A stretch of DNA of 64,000 nucleotides from Camelus dromedarius (Eukaryota), in assembly GCF_036321535.1 (NCBI RefSeq), contig NC_087436.1:1922001-1986000 (forward strand), in the 5' to 3' direction. The notes beneath the pieces were generated by a model. The model worked only from the letters and a program-made list of their open reading frames with translations, made no database searches and was not told the DNA's origin. Below, piece by piece: positions 1 to 12,500 of the stretch; the stretch's first letter is position 1; every line of letters starts with the position of its first letter. The position numbers and the translations under genes are program-made.

Positions 1-249
1 CTTTGTGTTCCCAACAAGCTAGGTGAAGGAAGGCTTTCACACACACTTATCTCTCAGAACTGAGCATGTGGAGAGTCGTTCGTTCATCTAGCACAAAGGG
101 AACGGGTTTCAGGAGAAACATTTACTCTGGTTTCTCAGTCTGTTTCCTAGTGCCGGGTTGAAGTACCTGCAGTTTTCACTGTAAAACCGAGTTGGAGCTA
201 GTACCTACCCATATATATGTATGGAGTGGAGTTTGCATCTGAAAAGATA
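1..249 (+). repeat. Representative 249-bp monomer (arbitrary phase)
   Basis: Positions 1-249 align base-for-base with 250-498 and later copies, with scattered substitutions. Confidence 0.98.
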
Positions 250-1789
250 TTTTGTGTTCCCCAGAAGCTAGGTGAAGGACGGCTTTCACACACACTTATC
301 TCTCAGAAATGAGCATGTGGAGAGACGTTCTTTCATCTTGCACAAAGGGAAAGGGTTGCAGGAGAAACTTTTACTCTGGTTTCTCAGTCTGTTTCCTAGT
401 GCCGGTTTGAAATTCCTGCAGTATTCTCTGTAAAACGGAGTTGGAGCTAGTACCTCCCCATATATATGTATGGAGTGGAATTTGCATCTGAAAAGAAACT
501 TTGTGTTCCCAACAAGCTGGTTGAAGTACGGCTTTCACACACACTTATCTCTCAGAAATGAGCATGTGGAGAGACGTTCGTTCATTAGCAAAAAGGGAAT
601 GGGTTGCAGGAGAAACTTTTACTCTGGTTTCTCAGTCTGTTTCCTAGTGCCGGTATGAAGTTCCTACAGTTTTCACTGTAAAACCGAGTTGGAGCTAGTA
701 CCTCCCCATATATATGTATGGAGTGGACTTTGCAACTGAAAAGAAATTTTGTGTTCCCAAAAAGCTAGGTGAAGGACGGCTTTCACACACACTTATCTCT
801 CAGAACTGAGCATGTGGAGAGACGTTCGTTCACCTAGCAAAAATTGAACGAGTTGCAGTAGTAACTTTTACTCTGGCTTCTCAGTCTGTTTCCTAGTGCC
901 ATTTTGAAGATCTTGCAGTTTTCACTGTAATACCGAGTTGGAGCTAGTACCTCCCCATAAATATGTGTGGACTGGAATTTGCATCTGAAAAGAGACTTTG
1001 TGTTCCCTACAAGCTAGTTGAAGTACGGCTTTCACACACACTTATCTCTCAGAACTGAGCATGTGGAGAGTCGTTCTTTCATCTAACACAAAGGGAACGG
1101 GTTGCAGGAGAAACTTTTATTCTGGTTTCTCATTCTGTGTCCTAGTGCCGGTTTGAAGTTCCTGCAGTTTTCATTGTAAAACCGAGTTGGGGCTAGTACC
1201 TCCCCATATATATGTATGGATTGGAGTTTGAAACTGAAAAGAAACTTTGTGTTCCCAACAAGCTAGTTGAAGTGCGGCTTTCACACACAATTATCTCTCA
1301 GAACTGAGCATGTGGAGAGTCATTCGTTCATCTAGCACAAATGGAAAGGGTTGCTGTAGAAACTTTTACTCTGGTTTCTCATTCTGTTTCCTAGTGCCGG
1401 TTTGAAGTTCCTGCAGTTTTCATTGTAAAACCGAGTTGGGGCTAGTACCTACCCATATATATGTATGGAGTGGAGTTTGCAACTGAAAAGAAACTTTGTG
1501 TTCCCAACAAGCTAGTTGAAGGACGGCTTTCACACACACTTATCTCTCAGAAATGAGCATGTGGAGAGACGTTCGTTCATCTAGCACAAAGGGAACGTGT
1601 TGCAGGAGAAACTTTTACTCTGGTTTTTCAGTCTGTTTCCTAGTGCCGGTATGAAGTTCAAGCAGCTTTCACTGTAAAACCGAGTTGGAGATAGTACCTC
1701 CCCATATATATGTATGGAGTGGAGTTTGCAACTGAAAAGGAACTTTGTGTTCCCAAAAAGCCTGGTGAAGAACGGCTTTCACACACACT

Positions 1790-3390
1790 TATCTCTCAGA
1801 ACTGAGCATGTGGAGAGACGTTCGTTCACCTAGCAAAAATGGAACGAGTTGCAGTAGTAACTTTTACTCTGGTTTCTCAGTCTGTTTCCTAGTGCCAGTT
1901 TGAAGTTCCTGCAGTTTTCACTGTAAAACCGAGTTGGAGCTAGTACCTCCCCTTATATATATATGGTTTGGAGTTTGCAACTTAAAAGAAACTTTGTGTT
2001 CCCAACAAGCTAGGTGAAGGACCGCTTTCACACACACTTATCTCTCAGAACTGAGCATTTGGAGAGACGTACCTTCATCAAGCACAAAGGGAACGGGTTG
2101 CAGGAGAAAATTTTACTCTGTTTCTCAGTGTGTTTCCTAGTGCCGTTTTGAAGTTCCTGCAGTTTTCACTGTAAAACCGATTTAGAGCTAGTACCTCCCA
2201 ATATATATGTATGGAGTGGAGTTTGCAACTGAAAAGAAACTTTGTGTTCCCAACAAGCTAAGTGAAGGACGGCTTTCACACGCAATTATCTCTGAACTGA
2301 GCATGTGGAGAGTCATTCGTTCATCTAGCACAAACGGAACGGGTTGCAGGAGATACTTTTACTCTGATTTCTCAGTCTGTTTCCTAGTGCCGGTATGAAG
2401 TTCCTGCAGTTTTCACTGTAAAACCGAGTTTGGGCTAGTACCTCCCCATATATATTTATGGAGTGGAGTTTGCAACTGAAAAGAAACTTTGTGTTCCCAA
2501 CAAGCTAGTTGAAGGACGGCTTTCACACACACTTATCTCTCAGAACTCAGCATGTGGAGAGACGTTCGTTCATCTAGCACAAAGGGAACGGGTTGCAGGG
2601 GAAACTTAAACTCTGTTTCCCAGTTTGTTTCCTAGTGCCGGTTTGAAGTTCCTGCAGTTTTCACTGTAAAACCGAGTTGGAGCTAGTACCTCCCCATATA
2701 TATGTATGGAGTGCAGTTTGCAACTGAAAAGAAACTTTGTGTTCCCAACAAGCTAGGTGAAGGACGGCTTTCACATACACTTATCTCTCAGAACTGAGCA
2801 TGTGGAGAGACGTTCGTTCACCTAGCAAAAATGGAACGAGTTGCAGTAGTAACTTTTACTCTGGTTTCTCAGTCTGTTTCCTAGTGACAGTTTGAAGTTC
2901 CTGCAGTTTTCACTGTAAAACCGAGTTGGAGCTAGTACCTCCCCTTATATATATATGGTTTGGAGTTTGCAACTTAAAAGAAACTTTGTGTTCCCAACAA
3001 GCTAGGTGAAGGACCGCTTTCACACACACTTATCTCTCAGAACTGAGCATGTGGAGAGACGTACGTTCATCAAGCACAAAGGGAACGGGTTGCAGGAGAA
3101 ACTTTTACTCTGTTTCTCAGTGTGTTTCCTAGTGCCGTTTTGAAGTTCCTGCAGTTTTCACTGTAAAATCGAGTTGGAGCTAGTACCTCCCCATATATAT
3201 GTATGGAGTGGAGTTTGCAACTGAAAAGAAATTTTGTGTTCCCAACAAGCTAGGTGAAGGACGGCTTTCACACACAATTATCTCTGAACTGAGCATGTGG
3301 AGAGTCATTCGTTCATCTAGCACAAACGGAACGAGTTGCAGGAGAAATTTTACTCTGATTTCTCAGTCTGTTTCCTAGGGCCGGTTTGAA
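1790..3390 (+). repeat. Local duplication at 4-monomer offset (992 bp): ~1790-2400 vs ~2780-3390
   Basis: Shared rare variants: CCTTATATATATATGGTTTG (1951 vs 2943), CAACTTAAAAG, GGACCGCTTT, GCCGTTTTG, and the 2-bp deletion TCTCTGAACT. Confidence 0.85.
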
Positions 3391-6300
3391 GTTCCTGCAG
3401 TTTTCACTGTAAAACGGAGTTGGGGCTAGGACCTTCCCATATATATGTATGGAGTGGAGTTTGCAACTGAAAAGAAACTTTGTGTTCCCAACAAGCTAGG
3501 TGAAGGACGGCTTTCATACACATATATCTCTCAAAAATGAGCATGTGGAGAGTCGTTCGTTCATGTAGCACAAAGGGAACGTGTTGCAGTGGAATCTTTT
3601 ACTCTGGTTTCTCAGTCTGTTTCCTAGTGCCGGTTTGAAGTTCCTGCAGTTTTCACTGTAAAACCGAGTTGGAGCTAGTATATCCCCATATATATGTATG
3701 GAGTGGAGTTTGCAACTGAAAAGAAACTTTGTGTTCCCAACAAGCTAGGTGAAGGGCGGCTTTCACACTCAATTATCTCTCAGAACTTAGCATGTGGAGA
3801 GTCATTCTTTCATCTAGCAAAAAGGGAAAGGGTTGCAGGAGAAACTTTTACTCTGGGTTCTGAGTATGTTTCCTAGTGCCGGTTTGAAGTTCCTGCAGTT
3901 TTCATTGTAAAACCGAGTTGGGGCTAGTACCTACCCATATATATGTATGGAATTGGGTTTGCATCTTAAAAGAAACTTTGTGTTCCCAACAAGCAAGTTG
4001 AAGTACGGCTTTCACACACACTTATCTCTCAGAACTGAGCATGAGGAGAGACGTTCGTTCATCTAGCACAAAGGGAACGGGTTGCAGGAGAAAGTTTTTC
4101 CCTGGTTTCTCAGTCTGTTTCCTAGTGCCGGTTTGAAGTTCCTGCATTTTTCACTGTAAAACCGAGTTTGGGCTAGTACCTCCCCATATATATATATGGA
4201 GTGGAGTTTGCATCTGGAAAGAAACTTTGTGTTCCCAACAAGCTAGGTGGAGGACGGCTTTCACACACACTTCTCTCTCAGAACTCAGCATGTGGAGAGA
4301 CGTTCGTTCATCTAGCACAAAGGGAACGGGTTGCAGGAGAAACTTTAACTCTGTTTCTCAGTTTGTTTCCTAGTGCCGGTTTGAAGTTCCTGCAGTTTTC
4401 ACTGTAAAACCGAGTTGGAGCTAGTACCTCCCCATATATATGTATGGAGTGGATTTTGCAACTGAAAAGAAAATTTGTGTTCCCTAAAAGCTAGGTGAAG
4501 GACGGCATTCACACACACACTTATCTCTCAGAAATGAGCATGTGGAGAGACGTTCGTTCATCTAGCACAAAGGGAACGGGTTGCAGGAGAAACTTTTACT
4601 CTGGTTTCTCAGTCTGTTTCCTAGTGCCGGTTTGAAGTTCCTGCAGTTTTCCCTGTAAAACCGAGTTGGAGCTAGTACATCCCCATATATATGTATAGAG
4701 TGGAGTTTGAAACTTAAAAGAAACTTTGTGTTCCCAACAAGCTAGGTGAAGTTCGGCTTTCAGACACAATTATCTCTCAGAACTGAGCATGTGGAGAGAC
4801 GTTCATTCACCTAGCAAAAATGGAACGAGTTGCAGGAGTAACTTGTACTCTTGTTTCTCAGTCTGTTTCCTAGTGCCATTTTGAAGTTCTTGCAGTTTTC
4901 ACTGTAATACCGAGTTGGAGCTAGTACCTCCCCATAAATATGTGTGGAGTGGAATTTGCAACTGAAAAGAAACTTTGTGTTCCCAACAAGCCAGGTGAAG
5001 GACGGCTTTCACACACACTTAACTCTCAGAAATGAGCATGTGGAGAGACGTTCGTTCATCCAGCACAAAGGGAAAGGGTTGCAGGAGAAACTTTTACTCT
5101 GGGTTCTCAGACTGTTTCCTAGTGCCGGTTTGAAGTTCCTGCAGTTTTCATTGTAAAACCGAGTTGGGGCTAGTACCTACCCATATATATGTATGGAATG
5201 GAGTTTGCAATGAAAAGAAACTTTGTGTTCCCAACAAGCTATTTGAAGGACGGCCTTCACACACACTTATCTCTCAGATCTGAGCATGTGGAGAGACTTT
5301 CGTTCATCTAGCACAAAGGGAACGGGTTGCAGGAAAAAGTTTTTCTCTTTTCTCAGTCTGTTTCCTACTGCCGGGTTGAAGTTCCTGCAGTTTTCACTGT
5401 AAAACAGATTTTGGGCTAGTACCTCCCCATATATATATATGGAGTGGAGTTTGCAACTGAAAAGAAACTTTGTGTTCCCAACAAGCTAGGTAAAGGACGG
5501 CTTTCACACACACTTATCTCTCAGAACTCAGCTTGTGGAGAGACTTTCGTTCATAAAGCACAAATGGAACGGGTTGCAGGAGAAACTTTAACTCTGTTTC
5601 TCAGTCTGTTTCCTAGTGCCGGTATGAATTTCCTGCAATTTTCACTGTAAAACCGAGTTGGAGCTAGAACCTCCCCATATATATGTATGGAATGGAGTTT
5701 GCAACTGAAAAGAAACTTTGTGTTCCCAACAAGCTAGGTGAAGGACGGCTTTCACACACACTTATCTCTCAGAAATGAGCATGTGGAGAGACGTTCGTTC
5801 ATCTAGCACAAAGGGAACGGTTTGCAGGAGAAACTTTTATTCTGGTTTCTCAGTCTGTTTCCTAGTGCTGGTTTTAAGTTCCTGCAGTTTTCCCTGTAAA
5901 ACCGAGTTGGAGCTAGTACCTCCCCATATATATGTATGGAAGGAGTTTGCAACTGAAAAGAAACTTTGTGTTCCCAAAAGCTAGATGAAGGACGGCTTTC
6001 ACACACAATTATCTCTCAGAACTTAGCATGTGGAGAGACGTTCGTTCACCTAGGAAAAAGGAACGAGTTGCAGGGGAAACTTTTACTCTGGTTTCTCAGT
6101 ATGTTTCCTAGTGCCATTTTGAAGTTCTTGCAGTTTTCACTGTAATACCGAGTTGTAGCTAGTACACCCCATATATATGTATGGAGTGGAGTTTCCAACT
6201 GAAAAGAAACTTTGTGTTCCCAACAAGCAAGTTGAAGGACGGGTTTCACACACACATATCTCTCAGAACTGAGCATGTGGAGAGACGTTCGTTCATCTAG

Positions 6301-9300
6301 CACAAAGGGAACTGGTTGCAGAAGAAACTATTTCTCTGTATTCTCAGACTGTTTCCTAGTGCCGGTTTGATGTTCCTGCTGTTTTCACTGTAAACCCGAG
6401 TTGGGGCTAGTACCTACACATATATATGTATGGAGTGGAGTTTGCATCTGAAAACAAACATTGTGTTCCCAAAAAGCTAGGTGTAGGACGGCTTTCAAAC
6501 ACACTTATCTCTCAGAACTGAGCATGTGGAGAGACGTTCGTTCATCTAGCACAAAGGGAACGGGTTGCAGGAGAAACTTTTACTCTGGATTCTCAGTCTG
6601 TTTCCTAGTGCCGGTTTGAATTTCCTGCAGTTTTCACTGTAAAACCGAGTTGGGGCTAGTACCTACCCATATATATGTATGGAGTGGAGTTTGCATCTTA
6701 AAAGAAACTTTGTGTTCCCAACACGCTAGGTGAAGGACGGCTTTCACACACATTTATCTCTCAGAACTGAGCATGTGGAGAGACGTTCGTTCATCTAGCA
6801 CAAACGGAACGGGTTGCAGGAGATACTTTACTCTGATTTCTCAGTCTGTTTCCTAGTGCCGGTTTGAAGTTCCTGCAGTTTTCACTGTAAAACCGAGTTG
6901 GGGCTTGTACCTCCCCATATATATATATGGAGTGGAGTTTGCAACTGAAAAGAAACTTTGTGTTCCCAAAAAGCTAGTTGAAGCACGGATTTCACACACA
7001 CTTATCTCTCAGAACTGAGCATGTGGAGAGACGTCCGTTCATAAAGCACAAAGGGAACGGGTTGCAGGAGAAAGTTTTTCTCTGGTTTCTCATTCTGTTT
7101 CCTAGTGCCGGTTTGAAGTTCCTGCAGTTTTCACTGTAAAACCGAGTTTGGGCTAGTACCTCCCCATATATATATATGGAGTGGTGTTTGCAACTGAAAT
7201 GAAACTTTGTGTTCCCAACAAGCTAGTTGAAGGACGGCTTTCACACACACTTATCTCTCAGAACTCAGCATGTGGAGAGACGTTCGTTCATCTAGCACAA
7301 AGGGAACGGGTTGCAGGGGAAACTTAAACTCTGTTTCCCAGTTTGTTTCCTAGTGCCGGTTTGAAGTTCCTGCAGTTTTCACTGTAAAACCGAGTTGGAG
7401 CTAGTACCTCCCCATATATATGTATGGAGTGCAGTTTGCAACTGAAAAGAAACTTTGTGTTCCCAACAAGCTAGGTGAAGGACGGCTTTCACATACACTT
7501 ATCTCTCAGAACTGAGCATGTGGAGAGACGTTCGTTCACCTAGCAAAAATGGAACGAGTTGCAGTAGTAACTTTTACTCTGGTTTCTCAGTCTGTTTCCT
7601 AGTGACAGTTTGAAGTTCCTGCAGTTTTCACTGTAAAACCGAGTTGGAGCTAGTACCTCCCCTTATATATATATGGTTTGGAATCTGCAACTTAAAAGAA
7701 TCTTTGTGTTCCCAACAAGCTAGGTGAAGGACCGCTTTCACACACACTTATCTCTCAGAACTGAGCATGTGGAGAGACGTACGTTCATCAAGCACAAAGG
7801 GAACGGGTTGCAGGAGAAACTTTTACTCTGTTTCTCAGTGTGTTTCCTAGTGCCGTTTTGAAGTTCCTGCAGTTTTCACTGTAAAATCGAGTTGGAGCTA
7901 GTACCTCCCCATATATATGTATGGAGTGGAGTTTGCAACTGAAAAGAAACTTTGTGTTCCCAACAAGCTAGGTGAAGGACGGCTTTCACACACAATTATC
8001 TCTGAACTGAGCATGTGGAGAGTCATTCGTTCATCTAGCACAAACGGAACGAGTTGCAGGAGAAATTTTACTCTGATTTCTCAGTCTGTTTCCTAGGGCC
8101 GGTTTGAAGTTCCTGCAGTTTTCACTGTAAAACGGAGTTGGGGCTAGGACTTTCCCATATATATGTATGGAGTGGAGTTTGCAACTGAAAAGAAACTTTG
8201 TGTTCCCAACAAGCTAGGTGAAGGACGGCTTTCATACACATATATCTCTCAGAAATGAGCATGTGGAGAGTCGTTCGTTCATGTAGCACAAAGGGAACGT
8301 GTTGCAGTGGAATCTTTTACTCTGGTTTCTCAGTCTGTTTCCTAGTGCCGGTTTGAAGTTCCTGCAGTTTTCACTGTAAAACCGAGTTGGAGCTAGTATA
8401 TCCCCATATATATGTATGGAGTGGAGTTTGCAACTGAAAAGAAACTTTGTGTTCCCAACAAGCTAGGTGAAGGGCGGCTTTCACACTCAATTATCTCTCA
8501 GAACTTAGCATGTGGAGAGTCATTCTTTCATCTAGCACAAAGGGAAAGGGTTGCAGGAGAAACTTTTACTCTGGGTTCTGAGTATGTTTCCTAGTGCCGG
8601 TTTGAAGTTCCTGCAGTTTTCATTGTAAAACCGAGTTGGGGCTAGTACCTACCCATATATATGTATGGAATGGAGTTTGCATCTTAAAAGAAACTTTGTG
8701 TTCCCAACAAGCAAGTTGAAGTACGGCTTTCACACACACTTATCTCTCAGAACTGAGCATGAGGAAAGACGTTCGTTCATCTAGCACAAAGGGAACGGGT
8801 TGCAGGAGAAAGTTTTTCCCTGGTTTCTCAGTCAGTTTCCTAGTGCCGGTTTGAAGTTCCTGCATTTTTCACTGTAAAACCGAGTTTGGGCTAGTACCTC
8901 CCCATATATATATATGGAGTGGAGTTTGCATCTGGAAAGAAACTTTGTGTTCCCAACAAGCTAGGTGGAGGACGGCTTTCACACACACTTCTCTCTCAGA
9001 ACTCAGCATGTGGAGAGACGTTCGTTCATCTAGCACAAAGGGAACGGGTTGCAGGAGAAACTTTAACTCTGTTTCTCAGTTTGTTTCCTAGTGCCGGTTT
9101 GAAGTTCCTGCAGTTTTCACTGTAAAACCGAGTTGGAGCTAGTACCTCCCCATATATATGTATGGAGTGGATTTTGCAACTGAAAAGAAAATTTGTGTTC
9201 CCTAAAAGCTAGGTGAAGGACGGCATTCACACACACACTTATCTCTCAGAAATGAGCATGTGGAGAGACGTTCGTTCATCTAGCACAAAGGGAACGGGTT

Positions 9301-9560
9301 GCAGGAGAAACTTTTACTCTGGTTTCTCAGTCTGTTTCCTAGTGCCGGTTTGAAGTTCCTGCAGTTTTCCCTGTAAAACCGAGTTGGAGCTAGTACATCC
9401 CCATATATATGTATAGAGTGGAGTTTGAAACTTAAAAGAAACTTTGTGTTCCCAACAAGCTAGGTGAAGTTCGGCTTTCAGACACAATTATCTCTCAGAA
9501 CTGAGCATGTGGAGAGACGTTCATTCACCTAGCAAAAATGGAACGAGTTGCAGGAGTAAC
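2480..9560 (+). repeat. Near-identical block duplication at 19-monomer offset (4718 bp): ~2480-4840 vs ~7200-9560
   Basis: AACTTAAACT at 2603 and 7321. ORF pairs 3694/8412 and 4201/8919 are both offset by 4718. Both copies share the extra AC unit (4511/9229). Confidence 0.93.
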
Positions 9561-12500
9561 TTTTACTCTGGTTTCTCAGTCTGTTTCCTAGTGCCATTTT
9601 GAAGTTCTTGCAGTTTTCACTGTAATACCGAGTTGGAACTAGTACCTCCCCATAAATATGTGTGGAGTGGAATTTGCAACTGAAAAGAAACTTTGTGTTC
9701 CCAACAAGCTAGGTGAAGGACGGCTTTCACACACAATTATCTTTCAGAACTTAGCATGTGGAGAGTCGTTCGTTCATCTAGCACAAAGGGAACGGGTTTC
9801 AGGAGAAACATTTACTCTGGTTTCTCAGTGTGTTTCCTATTGCCATTTTGAAGTTCTTGCAGTTTTCACTGTAATACCGAGTTGGAGCTAGGACCTTCCC
9901 ATATATATGTATGGAGTGGAGTTTTCAACTGAAAAGAAACTTTGTGTTCCCAACTAGCTAGGTGAAGGACGGCTTTCACACACACTTATCTCTCAGAAAT
10001 GAGCATGTAGAGAGCCGTTCGTTCATCTAGCACAAAGGGAACGTGTTGCAGGAGAATCTTTTACTCTGGTTTCTCAGTCTGTTTCCTAGTGCCGGTTTGA
10101 AGTTCCTGCAGTTTTCACTGTAAAACCGAGTTGGAGCTAGTACCTCCCCATATATATGTATGGAGTGAAGTTTGCAACTGAAAAGAAACTTTGTGTTCCC
10201 AACAAGCTAGTTGAAGGACGGCTTTCACACACACTTATCTCTCAGAACTGAGCATGTGGAGAGACTTTCGTTCATCTAGCACAAAAGGAACGGGTTGCAG
10301 GAGAAAGTTTGTCTCTGGTTTCTCAGTTTGTTTCCTAGTGCCGGTTAAAAGTTCCTGCAGTTTTCACTGTAAAACCGAGTTTGGGCTAGTACCTCGCCAT
10401 ATATATATATATGGAGTGGAGTTTGCATCTGAATAGAAACTTTGTGTTCCCAACAAGCTAGGTGAAGGACGGCTTTCACACACACTTCTCTCTCAGAACT
10501 CAGCATGTGGAGAGACGTTCGTTCATCTAGCACAAAGGGAAAGTGTTGCAGGAGAAACTTTAACTCTGTTTCTTAGTTTTTTTCCTAGTGCCGGTTTGAA
10601 GTTCCTGCAGTTTTCACTGTAAAACAGAGTTGGAGCTAGTACCTCCCCATATATATGTATGGAGTGGAGTTTGCAACTGAAAATAAACTTTGTGTTCCCT
10701 AAAAGCTAGGTGAAGGACGGCTTTCACACACACTTATCTCTCAGAAATGAGCATGTGGAGAGACGTTCGTTCATCTAGCACAAAGGGAACGTGTTGCAGG
10801 AGAAACTTTTACTCTGGTTTCTCAGTCTGTTTCCTAGTGCCGGTTTGAAGTACCTGCAGTTTTCCCTGTAAAACCGAGTTGGAGCTAGTACATCCCCATA
10901 TATATGTATGGAGTGGAGTTTGCAACTGAAGAGAAACTTTGTGTTCCCAACAAGCTAGGTGAAGTTCGGCTTTCAGACACAATTATCTCTCGGAACTGAG
11001 CATGTGGAGAGACGTTCGTTCACCTAGCAAAAATGGAAAGAGTTGCAGGAGTAACTTGTACTCTTGTTTCTCAGTCTGTTTCCTAGTGCCATTTTGAAGT
11101 TCTTGCAGTTTTCACTGTAATACCGAGTTGGAGCTAGTACCTCCCCATAAATATGTGTGGAGTGGAATTTGCAACTGAAAAGAAACTTTGTGTTCCCAAC
11201 AAGCCAGGTGAAGGACGGCTTTCACACACACTTAACTCTCAGAAATGAGCATGTGGAGAGACGTTCGTTCATCCAGCACAAAGGGAAAGGGTTGCAGGAG
11301 AAACTTTTACTCTGGGTTCTCAGACTGTTTCCTAGTGCCGGTTTGAAGTTCCTGCAGTTTTCATTGTAAAACCGAGTTGGGGCTAGTACCTACCCATATA
11401 TATGTATGGAATGGAGTTTGCAATGAAAAGAAACTTTGTGTTCCCAACAAGCTATTTGAAGGACGGCCTTCACACACACTTATCTCTCAGATCTGAGCAT
11501 GTGGAGAGACGTTCGTTCATCTAGCACAAAGGGAACGGGTTGCAGGAAAAAGTTTTTCTCTTTTCTCAGTCTGTTTCCTACTGCCGGGTTGAAGTTCCTG
11601 CAGTTTTCACTGTAAAACAGATTTTGGGCTAGTACCTCCCCATATATATATATGGAGTGGAGTTTGCAACTGAAAAGAAACTTTGTGTTCCCAACAAGCT
11701 AGGTAAAGGACGGCTTTCACACACACTTATCTCTCAGAACTCAGCTTGTGGAGAGACATTCGTTCATAAAGCACAAATGGAACGGGTTGCAGGAGAAACT
11801 TTAACTCTGTTTCTCAGTCTGTTTCCTAGTGCCGGTATGAATTTCCTGCATTTTTCACTGTAAAACCGAGTTGGAGCTAGAACCTCCCCATATATATGTA
11901 TGGAATGGAGTTTGCAACTGAAAAGAAACTTTGTGTTCCCAACAAGCTAGGTGAAGGACGGCTTTCACACACAATTATCTCTCAGAAATGAGCATGTGGA
12001 GAGACGTTCGTTCATCTAGCACAAAGGGAACGGTTTGCAGGAGAAACTTTTATTCTGGTTTCTCAGTCTGTTTCCTAGTGCTGGTTTTAAGTTCCTGCAG
12101 TTTTCCCTGTAAAACCGAGTTGGAGCTAGTACCTCCCCATATATATGTATGGAAGGAGTTTGCAACTGAAAAGAAACTTTGTGTTCCCAAAAGCTAGGTG
12201 AAGGACGGCATTCACACACAATTATCTCTCAGAACTTAGCATGTGGAGAGACGTTCGTTCACCTAGGAAAAAGGAACGAGTTGCAGGGGAAACTTTTACT
12301 CTGGTTTCTCAGTATGTTTCCTAGTGCCATTTTGAAGTTCTTGCAGTTTTCACTGTAATACCGAGTTGTAGCTAGTACACCCCATATATATGTATGGAGT
12401 GGAGTTTCCAACTGAAAAGAAACTTTGTGTTCCCAACAAGCAAGTTGAAGGACGGGTTTCACACACACATATCTCTCAGAACTGAGCATGTGGAGAGACG

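Noticed and set aside
25..60. Hammerhead ribozyme as in some transcribed satellites (consensus minus strand CTGAGAG...GAAA...GTC)
   Set aside because: The core needs CUGANGA plus a stem II before GAAA. The sequence has CTGAGAG, CTGAGCA or CTGAGAA and no suitable stems.
1..249. Assignment to a named satellite, tandem tRNA/5S array or specific taxon
   Set aside because: Only faint, short resemblance to alpha-satellite words (CTCAGAA, AAACTTTGTG). No tRNA or 5S features were seen, and identification needs a database search.
107..255. Internal dimer structure (consensus TTGCA...AGAAACTTT occurs twice per monomer, ~118/131 bp apart)
   Set aside because: The similarity is limited to a short motif and I could not extend the alignment by eye. 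A self-alignment with a shuffle control would be needed.
2564..2593. Canonical CENP-B box
   Set aside because: TTCG and CGGG are 20 nt apart instead of 7. It is reported only as a speculative split motif.
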